DNA from: Balanoglossus misakiensis
Lineage: Eukaryota; Animalia; Hemichordata
Length of the DNA: 64,000 nt
Assembly (NCBI GenBank): GCA_040954595.2
Contig: CM082576.2
Location: 2,082,760-2,146,759 of the forward strand
Reading direction: 5' to 3'
Both the position numbers and the translations under genes were made by a program. The notes under the pieces were generated by a model that had not been told where the DNA came from, ran no database searches, and saw only the letters and a list, made by a program, of their open reading frames with translations. Positions 22,701 through 32,396 of the stretch are shown here, piece after piece. Every line of letters begins with the position of its first letter. The first letter of the stretch is position 1.

Positions 22701-24187
22701 TTCAACTTCTTGGAAGTCACGATATGATTGTTTTTGTCATATACATGTACGACTGTGTTGTGTGAGGAAACATTAATTTTCACCAGCAACCACATATAAT
22801 GCAGTTCCTCCTGAGTGACTCTTGTTGGACATCCATTTTGGGCGTCCTAATTAGTGCATGTATTTTTACAATTGTGTTTATTAAGCCAAACAAGCATCAT
22901 TTGTAGTCATTTCCATTCAAAGTAAAATTACCCCAAAAAATGTCACGATGCAGTGAAGTCCTTGTTATAAATAAAATTTAGACAAATATTGTGTTTATGC
23001 AGGTTTCGGCCTGAAATAATTGGGGTTGCCTATTGGTCAGATTCTACTGCATGATCACAGCAAGGACAAACATGCAAGGGGCATATGTTTTTCACCACTA
23101 AAATCAGCCTTCACCTACTGGACATACGGTACATGGATGCATGCGAAGGAACATATGTAGCATGCAACATGACAGCGACAGATGTTTTTCACTGTTTAAA
23201 AAATCAGCCTTCGCCTTCCTGGTACATGGTAGACATACATGCACGTGTGTACATATATACCAGGAAGGTGAAGGCTGATTTAGCATGCAGCTATATAACA
23301 CACATAGAAAAGAAACATAAAGAGACATGGATATTTCTCAACACTGTTTTACAATCTGAGCCTTCACTTTCCGGAGAGTTTGTGGTCTTTTGTCAAGACT
23401 GTTGGTTATAATTAACATGTGCAAATATTACATATTCTGTGACACACAAACAATGACAGGTATTCCCAGATTTTTTGTGATCACAAAATAAATTGTATTG
23501 TGTGGGCTTATCTGTTGTTCATTATGACTATGGGTGTTGCAAGCCATAGAAAAGTCCATCTGTCATTACGCCTAAAGTCCATTCCTAAAGTGGCCGACCC
23601 AAGCATTTATGTATTTAACATACAGGGAAAGTTTGGAGGATCATGACAATCCAGAAATGTAGATGGAATTGAAGAATTAATAGTTTCACAGTGACTTTAT
23701 CTGAAAAGTCAGTGAAATGACAAACGTGGGTAAAATTCATGTGGGTGTGTTTTTATGAGTAGCTGCTGTCACTGACTGTATGTGTTGAAAGCAGGTCATT
23801 TGTTCTACCCACTCATTGTGCACCTTGTACGTTTTCTGTTTTTTGGAAATTCCTCATCTTCATCAGCACTACAAATTAATGCAGTAAACGTCGGGAGAGA
23901 ATAGAGAAATAATTGACAAATGGCAGATCACACGGACTGTATATGTATTCCCTGAATTTTTTAATGATCACCAAAGAAAAACTTCAGTGTTTTCTTTCTT
24001 GTCTCGTTCATTTCAGGCAAGAGATTTATTGTCAACAGAAAACGAACGCCTGCAAAAACAGCTACATGCAGCTCAAGAGAAAATCAACACATTGCAGAGC
24101 CACATAGGAGTGATTCGTCAGCACACGATAACGTTTATTCTGGACCAGATGGACACTCTCCATCTGCAGAAGGACTCTGAGGTTTGA
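4602..24187 (+). CDS. RASGRP: RAS guanyl-releasing protein (RasGRP family), full spliced CDS, 740 aa: join(4602-4767,7894-7999,8852-8959,9865-9996,12620-12770,13825-13998,14336-14452,14838-14935,15357-15358,16130-16305,17570-17650,19171-19275,19714-19829,20936-21216,22380-22618,24017-24187)
   Basis: Hand-spliced exons total 2223 nt in one open frame. Motifs: REM ([41 protein letters not shown]), CDC25 GEF ([79 protein letters not shown]), two EF hands, a C1 domain and a C-terminal coiled coil. The start codon is the least certain part. Confidence 0.95.
6766..6779. promoter_or_regulatory. RFX X-box-like palindrome in RasGRP intron 1
   Basis: GTTGCCCTAGCAAC versus consensus GTTGCCATGGCAAC; lies in a CpG-rich patch with TGACGT half-sites at 6721 and 7024. 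Confidence 0.45.
7894..7999 (+). CDS. RASGRP: RasGRP exon 2 (REM domain)
   Basis: ttctag acceptor; [36 protein letters not shown]; ends at the U12 donor ATATCCTTT. Confidence 0.92.
8000..8851 (+). other. U12-type (minor spliceosome) AT-AC intron of RasGRP
   Basis: 5' end ATATCCTTT (8000-8008), branch site TCCTTAAC (8834-8841), terminal AC (8850-8851). Joining gives in-frame DL-YKNC...VRYWI. Confidence 0.95.
8852..8959 (+). CDS. RASGRP: RasGRP exon 3 (Cys-rich REM segment)
   Basis: [36 protein letters not shown]; donor AG|gtaagg. Confidence 0.9.
9865..9996 (+). CDS. RASGRP: RasGRP exon 4
   Basis: cacag acceptor; [16 protein letters not shown]...VVDISSV; donor gtaagt. Confidence 0.92.
12620..12770 (+). 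CDS. RASGRP: RasGRP exon 5 (start of CDC25 GEF domain)
   Basis: [13 protein letters not shown]...[27 protein letters not shown]; AG/GT boundaries. Confidence 0.95.
13825..13998 (+). CDS. RASGRP: RasGRP exon 6
   Basis: FSDFKSYA...[43 protein letters not shown]; donor gtgagt. Confidence 0.95.
14336..14452 (+). CDS. RASGRP: RasGRP exon 7
   Basis: [39 protein letters not shown]; donor gtgggt. Confidence 0.95.
14771..14818 (+). repeat. (GTTT)n microsatellite, about 12 units
   Basis: Perfect tetranucleotide run between a cctaac branch-like motif (14761) and the acceptor at 14837. Confidence 0.95.
14838..14935 (+). CDS. RASGRP: RasGRP exon 8
   Basis: [32 protein letters not shown](L); ends in phase 2 at CT|gtaagt. 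Confidence 0.95.
15357..15358 (+). CDS. RASGRP: RasGRP 2-nt microexon (AG)
   Basis: Polypyrimidine tract, gctgac branch-like site, then tgtcag|AG|gtaagt. It supplies exactly the 2 nt needed to join CT (14935) to GA GTT CAT (16130) as CTA GGA GTT CAT = L-G-V-H. Confidence 0.85.
16130..16305 (+). CDS. RASGRP: RasGRP exon 10
   Basis: (G)[31 protein letters not shown]...[10 protein letters not shown]; acag acceptor, gtaagg donor. Confidence 0.93.
17570..17650 (+). CDS. RASGRP: RasGRP exon 11
   Basis: [27 protein letters not shown]; donor gtgagt. Confidence 0.93.
18146..18795 (+). repeat. Diverged direct repeat, about 170 bp x2 (18146-18316 and 18620-18795)
   Basis: Shared atgccaac..ttgattgcatc(g/a)ttaatgcaattatccagaaa(c/t)tgataa..gtgtca..tctataattgtaatct.attgt. 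Confidence 0.85.
18940..19132 (+). mobile_element. Degenerate non-LTR retrotransposon (Rex1/Babar or CR1/L2-like) reverse-transcriptase C-terminal fragment
   Basis: Translation [21 protein letters not shown] / +1 frameshift near 19045 / [28 protein letters not shown] resembles the F..WC....LQLNV.KTK.M.IDFRR.....I.G..IE motif of these RTs. Confidence 0.75.
19171..19275 (+). CDS. RASGRP: RasGRP exon 12
   Basis: [35 protein letters not shown]; donor gtaagt. Confidence 0.93.
19714..19829 (+). CDS. RASGRP: RasGRP exon 13 (EF hand 1 and start of EF hand 2)
   Basis: [38 protein letters not shown](K). Confidence 0.95.
20111..20214 (-). mobile_element. tRNA-derived SINE remnant
   Basis: Minus strand reads B-box-like GGTTCGAGACC (duplicated as GGTTCAAGACCC), then TGTGTCCTTGAGCAAAGCACTT; shares gctcaaggacacaa with 3069-3082. 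Confidence 0.55.
20936..21216 (+). CDS. RASGRP: RasGRP exon 14 (end of EF hand 2 and C1 domain)
   Basis: [13 protein letters not shown]...[50 protein letters not shown] has the canonical His/Cys spacing of a C1 domain. Confidence 0.96.
22380..22618 (+). CDS. RASGRP: RasGRP exon 15 (low-complexity basic then acidic linker)
   Basis: tttttgcag acceptor, phase 1 matches the previous exon; ...[15 protein letters not shown]|gtgagg. Confidence 0.85.
23099..23375. repeat. Degenerate repeat cluster containing a 24-bp inverted repeat (23201-23224 / 23258-23281)
   Basis: aaatcagccttc(a/g)cct motif in direct orientation at 23101, 23201 and about 23355, and inverted at 23258-23281 (1 mismatch). Confidence 0.75.
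24017..24187 (+). CDS. RASGRP: RasGRP terminal exon (coiled coil, ends KDSEV*)
   Basis: tttcag acceptor; [29 protein letters not shown]...DSEV TGA. Confidence 0.88.
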   Translation, partial: ARDLLSTENERLQKQLHAAQEKINTLQSHIGVIRQHTITFILDQMDTLHLQKDSEV

Positions 24188-26330
24188 CAGCGACAAGCCT
24201 ATAATGAACTTCATTTTTTTTAAAGTACGTGTGTCAATTGGTGAACATGGAACAAGGATTCAGCAAAGCTGAAGTCCAACCAACTGCCGTATTCCTGTCT
24301 GTAGGATGTCAGCCCAGTTCAAAATCTAAATAAACTTTAAAGTCTTTGCCTGGCTTTTGCCCCCGAAGACTTGCCATGATTTTCCTCAAGCCGAATGCAG
24401 ATGTCCAGAGAAGTACATCTCAAATGTTTTTTGAAACAGCGCACACCAGTCTTACAAGCTGAATTTCAAGCTTTTTTTCATAAATTCCCGATTGGAAAAA
24501 GACAAATTGCCAAACTAATGTTACTGGGTGGAGTATTTAGTAACATACACCTGTAACAGAAGAGGATAATGCTTGAATCTCTTTATTCAGATGCTTGTAA
24601 ACTTAATTTCTTGGGAGATCTTGACAACTTTGGTGTTACCATGGTGACCCACCAACTGGCAATTGTAGAAAGGGGTGATAGATAATAAGATAATAAGACT
24701 AACTTGCTTGGATGAAGGCAAGAACCTACTACCGATTTTTATCATGTATAATTACAGCAAAACTGTTCATGTTATGTCTTAAAGGTGGAAACATCGATCA
24801 GCAGACATCCTCATAGTTTTCAGTGAAGGAATCGGTTCGTATTGCGAGGAACTGGCGTTTCTGCCAAGTTGGTGAGAAACCTCACTTCAGAAGTTGTCAT
24901 ATCCCAAGGAATGATTTCAATTAACTCTAGAAATGCTTGATGATTTTCAAAACAAGCATAGGATCATGTTGTGTTTTCGCTGCAAAACATTTTGGGTCAA
25001 TCAAAAAAGAAAATACATCCCCCAAAGTAATCTTCAAGTCCAATGTTGAAGCATATGAACCAGTCATGAGTTTTCTTCATATGTGTGGTGTCATGTAGTT
25101 TCGTACAAATTATTCTTTCATTTTGTCTTTTCAAAATGTTATAATGATTCATTCTGGTCGAACTCTTTAGAGTGATTTCGGTACGTAACTATTCAGCCAA
25201 GACAAGAAAAAAACCTGTAAAAATATAGTGTGGTTCTACATAACCTGGCCATCTGCAAGCCTAAAGTTCCTGGTGAACTGTCCAAAGTTTTTCTGTGAAT
25301 GCAGAAAAGAAAAGTGCAGAACTTCCTTTCCTACTTCAACTTATAAAAGCTACCAACTGCTAGTACATGAAGGATGTATAGAATTTAAAATGCATCTATC
25401 AAGAAAACTTTATATGAAATAAAATGTCAGTGCCATGCAGACCCTAAGTATAATTCCAATGCACAGAGAAACACTATATTTTTTCTTGGCCTTTACAAGT
25501 GCCAAATACCACAACAGTATTGATATTACAGGGGTTACAATTTTCAGTACTGGATTCAAGATATTAAAAACAAAGTTGGCATTGTTCCGACGATAAAGAG
25601 ATTTTCGATTTCTTTGGGGAGTTTTGGTTTTCGAGACATAAAACAAACAATATACAAATATTGTGCAATGTTTTTAGTCATTTTGTAGAGAGAGAGCACC
25701 TCAAAGATGCAACACCTTCCACCCCTTGATCCAGTGTTTGAGTGGACTGTCCCTACTTTATCAACAGCAGGGGCGTCTTTGCAAAACAATGCAGAATGGG
25801 AGGAGGGAGTGAAGATACCATTGATAAGAGCTTACACTCTGGTGCTTGTATTAACTCTTCAAGAAATACAAAATAATACTGCAACTTTGTGGATATTATT
25901 CTTATTTATTGGTGGACGTGTATCATATTGTTCTGTTCTTTAAACAAATCAACCAATTATTTTGAGAGAGCGTATAGACATTTTTTTTGTATATAATTTG
26001 TAAAGAAATTGACTTTTATTGCAATATTGGAAGTTTTGTTTGTAAATTTGTTGTGGGACGTTGTGGATAGTTTTATGTGGCTGTTTCATGTGTGCTCTTC
26101 TTCCTCTGGGAAGATTTGATCCCCTCAACATAGTGCAGTGTGATGGTGTAACTTTTGGATTACTGTTTAGTTTGAGTTTTTTCCTGCTCTTCTATTTGGA
26201 AGTTATTTAACTGTTTCAGAGATAATATATTCTTTTACCATTTATATTTGGAAGGAGTGCCACATAAACAGCTTATTGTTTTCAGCCTTTTGAAGGGAAT
26301 TGTAACAAGAAGCAGAACTATATACAATGT

Positions 26331-26398
26331 GTATATAGTTATATATATAGTTATATATGTATATAGTTATATATATAGTTATATATATAGTTGTATAT
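26331..26398 (+). repeat. TA-rich 12-mer minisatellite (TATATATAGTTA)n in the presumed RasGRP 3' UTR
   Basis: About 5 imperfect units seen directly. Confidence 0.85.
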
Positions 26399-29300
26399 TA
26401 CTTTTAACTCTGTGCACAGCCGGTCTGATGCAAAGCTCTTTAATTTTCAATGTTTTGGTCTGCAGATAAGAAAGAAGCATATGTTGTTATAGTTTATAAA
26501 TTTTAGCAATCAGCAGGATCTGACAAGTTTATTTGATACTGACAAAAAGCAACCCAAAATATTCTCCAATCACATGCTTTAGAAGGTGCAGCTATTGACC
26601 TTTGAACTTGAATTAGCATAATTAGAATGCTGTGACTCAGACTGTTGGTATAAAGTGCTTATACATGTACCTTGAAGGTAAAGTAATGCTTAAATTCAAC
26701 AGTGCTGTCTTTGGTTTCTTCTGCCTAAAATCAGCCAACATGGGATATCATGAGTTAGATCGTTTTCTTATGCAACAGTTAGTCTTAACTTTCAACCAAT
26801 CTCAGTTCAATAACATGTCATGCAGTAATAGCTGATATTGAGAGATATCAAGTTTTACTCTTTGTACAGCAACCGAGTTGTTGAAGGGCTTACAAGTACG
26901 GTAACTGCTGACATGTACTATATTACTGGGCATGTGTTGAAATCCTTCACCAGTCTCAACATAGCTCTGCAAATGTTGGATCAGTTTTGGTTTCCAAGAC
27001 ATTTAGAATAGTTATCAGATATCACAAATTTCACTGGAAAATTTCTACTATGTTTTTTTTTCTTAAGAAGTGCTATATTAGCCCAGAAGTCAGCTTCACA
27101 GCAAAGATATGTGTGTGAATCAACAAATTGGTTTAAGTCATTGGTCATTGGTGATTTTTATAAGTCGGTCTCTGATTGGATGATGGCTATGGTACCCTGT
27201 AAAGCCTGCCAATCAGTGGTGAGCTTCTTTTTGTGTAGATGCACTCCAAACCCAGTTCTTATTTGTTCATTTATTCACACTAAGCTAAAGATCATTTTCA
27301 AGCAAATTTTCTCAAATGTCTATGTCACTAATCCACCTTTCGTAAATTGGCATGGTGGGGCAATTAATATTAATTTTTTTGAAGAATCTGCATATTAGTG
27401 ATGATCTGTCCCGAAGTTCCATTTCTAGCTTACTTGAGACTCGAATCTGCCAACATCATGAAGTTCCGGGTTTAAGCAAGGAAGGTATTGGGGTCATCAT
27501 GTTTATAAACGGTTGCGTTGAAAACAAAGTGATTAGGGCAGGGAGAAGTATTTTCTGTTCTGAAAAATTTCTCAATTCAAATACCTAAACTTGACATTGG
27601 CTAAGTTAAGCATAATCTGACAAAAAAAATGGAGTACAGCAAAATGCCTCAAATCAGGTACATTTAGGGCACCCTATAAATGTCACCAAGCAGAGTAGTG
27701 CTGTTTTATAGAACATAGTGCCCGCATGTATAATTTATAAGATACCAATCAGACAGTATTTATAGTTCATGATATTTAGCACAGTGTATCACAAACCAAT
27801 TCTTTTACAATTAAAGAGATGAGTTTGACCATGTGACCAGTTTTTTCCAAGAAAGATACAGCAGTCGACTCTGAGAACTGACATCAGCAGCTGTGGCACG
27901 TACTTTATTTCAATTACGTTGGCCTCCCCCAAAATCCCCAACACATTGCAATCTGAAGTTTTTTTTTACGTTTTTTTCTTCCTCAATAGTTATAATAGAT
28001 TTTCACTACCAGATGCAGTGGGGCAAGATGTGATTTTATCCAATTAAAATAACGACAAGCCACAAAATTGAGCTTTTTATCAAAGCACTTCTTTTTTTTA
28101 ATTGACACTTGACAAAGTCTTCCATTTGCAGAGTTGTTTTTTATCTTTTTTTTTTAATTAAAGGAGTTAAAATTTTGAGTAGTTTTCAGCAAAACAAGAG
28201 AATACCGAACAGCACTGGGGTCAGAATAGATATTGATGTATTTGTTCTTTTTTTGAACTTTATAAAAAAAGAAGAGAAATTTACCAAGAGCACCAGAAGA
28301 CAAGAGATTATACAACTTAATAATTTGATGCCTGTTTTTCAGTCACAGTGGTCAATAGCTTTAATTAAAACAAATTGATAGGAATGTATAGAAGTGATCT
28401 TGTTTTCTTTTCCAGCGAGTAATTCCACTCCTCAGTGGTTTTGTATACTGTCAGTAGAATCAAAAGTTTTAAAGCACACGAGGATGATGTAACATTTCAT
28501 TTTCCTAAAAATACTTGGATTGGTATTTTCATTTTTTTTTCTCTCAGGCTCAGCTAATTTTTTCTCGAGCCTCTTGAAAATACTTTGAAAACATTTGTGA
28601 CAAACCCTTGGTGATGCTGATTTTGTTTTTGTTTTTTTAAACCTTTTTTTTGCCATTTCTGTCACATGATGTATCAAGCAGAGGATATTGCCTTGTATAT
28701 ATTACTTTTCTAAATCATGGGAAATTAAAAAAAATAAATGTGCAATTTCAGTATTGAGTCACAAATAAAACACAAAAGTAATATCAATAATTTCTCAGTT
28801 TCTCTGACTCATTTCTGTGAAGTTGTCTCTTCTGCTGGTTATTTTGAAATCAGATAAAAAGTTGTGTAGCCTCAAGATGACACCAATGGATTCAAAATCG
28901 CTGGGCAACAGTTGCTGAGGGGAATTCTCAAAAGCAAAAGTTCTATTGGTTTTCTTTGAATGAGCAAGAATAAAGGCCGACACAAACTTAATAAAAAGGT
29001 GCATTTTGTTCTGCCAATAGCTGGTGACATCACTGAAGTGCAAATGTTCACAGATTTATTTTAAAATGTGGGCCAGAATTTCCTGAAAATTCCTGAGTAC
29101 TATATGCCGTGTAATTTTATGAAAAATTAGAGGTTTTATGGCGATATCTCGTAAACTAGATTTCTAGATAAGAGTACTTCTCTTTATACTCCTACGTGAC
29201 GTGTATAATTACACCAAATTTCCACGAAATTGGTTTGGAATATTTTCGAAGTACAATGAACTGAAAATTCATGGAAAACAATGGATCTGTAAGATTTTGT

Positions 29301-31417
29301 GTCTTCTGCATTGCATGTTTGGAACGTTGCCAGTGATAGCTACCGACGTGCATGTTGAATAGGTTTGACATGGCCTTAACAAATAAGCAATTTTCAAAAT
29401 ACATTTGGCACCCATTTTCTGCATTATGATTCAGTGAATGTGATCAGTCAATCATTTTCCTTTTGAGTATTCCTGCCGCGACAGTCCATACATTGTCAAC
29501 ATTCAGAAGTGGGGTTTTGTGCCAAGGTTTTATGAAATTCAAGGTTTATTTGAGGTGAAATATGCCATATTCCCAGGAGTTATTGCACAGTAATTATTTC
29601 TATTTTCTTTCACGTTGACAGCTAGAATTGTTTTAAAGACAACACAGAAGTCAGTTTCATTTTTCTGGACTTTTCTGGAGCGTACAAAACTGTGCTAGAA
29701 GTCATCCCTGGCCAGGGCTTTAGAGAAGATACGCCGACCAATTTAGGTTAGTGCACATTTTTCAAAGCACCGGATTATCTCGCTGTTAATCCGACAGCAA
29801 TTAGATACAACTGTGCCATAAGGCAACTCACAATGGGTGTGAAAAATGAGAGGACAAGAGCAGCACTTTTGTCAGTGCAAAAGTGCATTTCATTCACTCC
29901 TCTTGCAAGTGTAGTAACTAAAGTACAGCTAACCTATCGAGGATGCCTTCCCAGGGGCCTTGAACCATATGCATTCATGTGATTCCGTTCAAAGATGAGC
30001 ACTGCATGCAGCCGAAAAAAACATTTCACAAACACTACTTGCAGTGAATGTAGACAGAGACTGCACATGGTGACAATAAGCAACATCTGTGCTCTGCATT
30101 GACTGTCAAACACCAACAATCATTTTCAGTTTCCATTTGAAACAGACAACATGGCAAATCTTGGCTTTCATGTCAATATTTATTTGTTATTACTTTTGAC
30201 CTTGATTTATTTTTCCCCAATGTGGTGTCAAAGCTCTAAGCTCGGTGGTCCTTATTTGTGACCTTAATGAATTTCCTCCGTGTGATGGTTACGTTTGATA
30301 AGTATTAACCATCTTCCGTTACAAAATTCCCCTCAGCAATATATTCCACAGATTATGAGTTCTGGGATTGTTTGTTTGTAAGTACTATTTTTTTTTACGG
30401 AACCTTGATCACATCCGTTATAAAAATTGTCATTCACAAGAGACATTCACTTGGCTTTTTTTTAGAAAGTAGTTCAGATCAAAACAAAATCAGGAAAGAG
30501 AGAGTCTTGAGAGAAACTGTCAATGCCCACAGGAAAGACAAGGGTTACAGTGTTGTTTAACTTTGTCAACAGCAAAGTTGGATATTGATGAAAGCTCACA
30601 CACACCAAAATGGAAAAACATCACAGCATGTCCATCGTCTCGCTGAACCTGTTCTCGTGCAAAGCAACAGAATTGATCCACGGAAGAGGAAGAAAATCCT
30701 TGCATGGTACGGTCGGACACCGCTGATCCCACAGCCGCTGCAAGGAAAACAAGCCCTCATACAAAGAGTGAGACCGCTTTAGATGACGTCATTACTTGTA
30801 AGAAATAAAGTACACGCCAGGTGAGAGCAGCGAGAACCAGTGACCGACTAATCAGCACGACTCAAATAAAAACAGAACCGAAAGCATGCACTTATGTGAG
30901 AAAAACACTTAAATGACTGACTGCTGTTGTGCATTGCATTATAATACTTAGGATCATCATGAAATTATTGGCCCATCTGCTCTCCTTGACTTGTCTGATC
31001 TGTGAGTTAACATAGGAGTGGCATTTGAGAAAGAAGGAACTCATATTACCGTACTGCATGATAAAGTCCCAATATGTCTGAGTTTCACTGGAGTGCCCTA
31101 CATATTTACATAAAATGTCAGGTTCCATAAAGAGGGAAACAGTTTTCATAAATTACCAATCACACATTTTGTGGTCTTTGTTACTTTCAAGTTTCTCTCA
31201 TAATTTACGGTTGTTAAGAACACAGCCACAGTCCACACATAACATTCACTTCCATGCATTGCATTCAATTTCCATGCACACACAACAGTATTACCATAAA
31301 TGCAAGTCCAAATTTAGTTATAATTTATTACAGGTACAATAAATTACATTGCATTTTTCCATTCGTGAAACAGTTCATTTATAATATGATGAAATACTAC
31401 CAAAAAGTTTTAATTAA

Positions 31418-32396
31418 TCACTTTTGGTCAGTTTTCTTTTGGAAAAACTGATCCAATGTACATGTACTACTGTTCGATGGTTTTGATTTCTTTTTCAATG
31501 GTTGGCCAACATTCTTCCCACTGACAGGGTGCTTCTTGCCCACAGCAGCCGCTGGGGGCGCTATATCACTTGCACCCATCAGGGGCTGTGCTGCTGTCGA
31601 GTTTATCTGTGCCTGCACATCCATGGCAAAGTGGAAGTCTAGATGCTCTGGCAAGTCCCACACTGAGATCATCTTGCTGCACTTGTCGCACATGACTACA
31701 TCAGTGTCACGCGGGACATCCTCAGCGCGGTCATTCTGCGTACCCTGACACTGTGGCTGCTGTTCAGATTCTGCTCCAACACCTTTGTTGATGTTTTGAT
31801 CAGTTCCAGTGTCCCTGACCTGAGAAGTACAGGGCAAATTTGATGCAGGATTTGATTTGAAATTACTGCTGCCTTTGAAATCAATCATGTTAACATCGTG
31901 TTCAGAGTCTCTGCTTTCGGAGACGAAAACAACTTTGTCTTCCGCATCTTTCTGTCGACTCGCCGAATCAACAAATAATTTCTCATCTTGCAGAGTCACT
32001 TGGGACTTGTCTTTGGTTGCGAAAAATCCCATTCTTCCATCGCTGCTATTACTGCAAATTGCTATTTTATCATCAGTGGAGTTGTTTGACCTGGCATCAG
32101 TACAACTACTCGTGGTGTTTTCTTTTACACTTGTTACATAGTTCTCTCTGACCTCCACCAAACGCTTCTTCTGAGACGGTCCAAAAAACGAATCAATGCT
32201 GCTCCTCTTCTTTCCCTTTCCTGTTTTGACACCGGCACTGCCCCTCCTGGATTGCGATGTACCTGCTGGATGATCTGAGTCCGAGCTCCCGGCGGCATCA
32301 CTTGTAAAGAAATTGCTAATGCTCGCTGAAGATGTACTCTCGGCTGGGTCATTGAACTTTGATGCTGCCAGATTCAGGGTCAGAATTGGTGGTGAC
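31418..32396 (-). CDS. POLH: POLH terminal exon (FF motifs, UBZ, NLS, PIP)
   Basis: SPPILTLNLAASKF...SISNFF...SIDSFF...CDKCSKMISVWDLPEHLDFHFA...KKKSK...TLDQFFQKKTDQK*. Confidence 0.95.
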
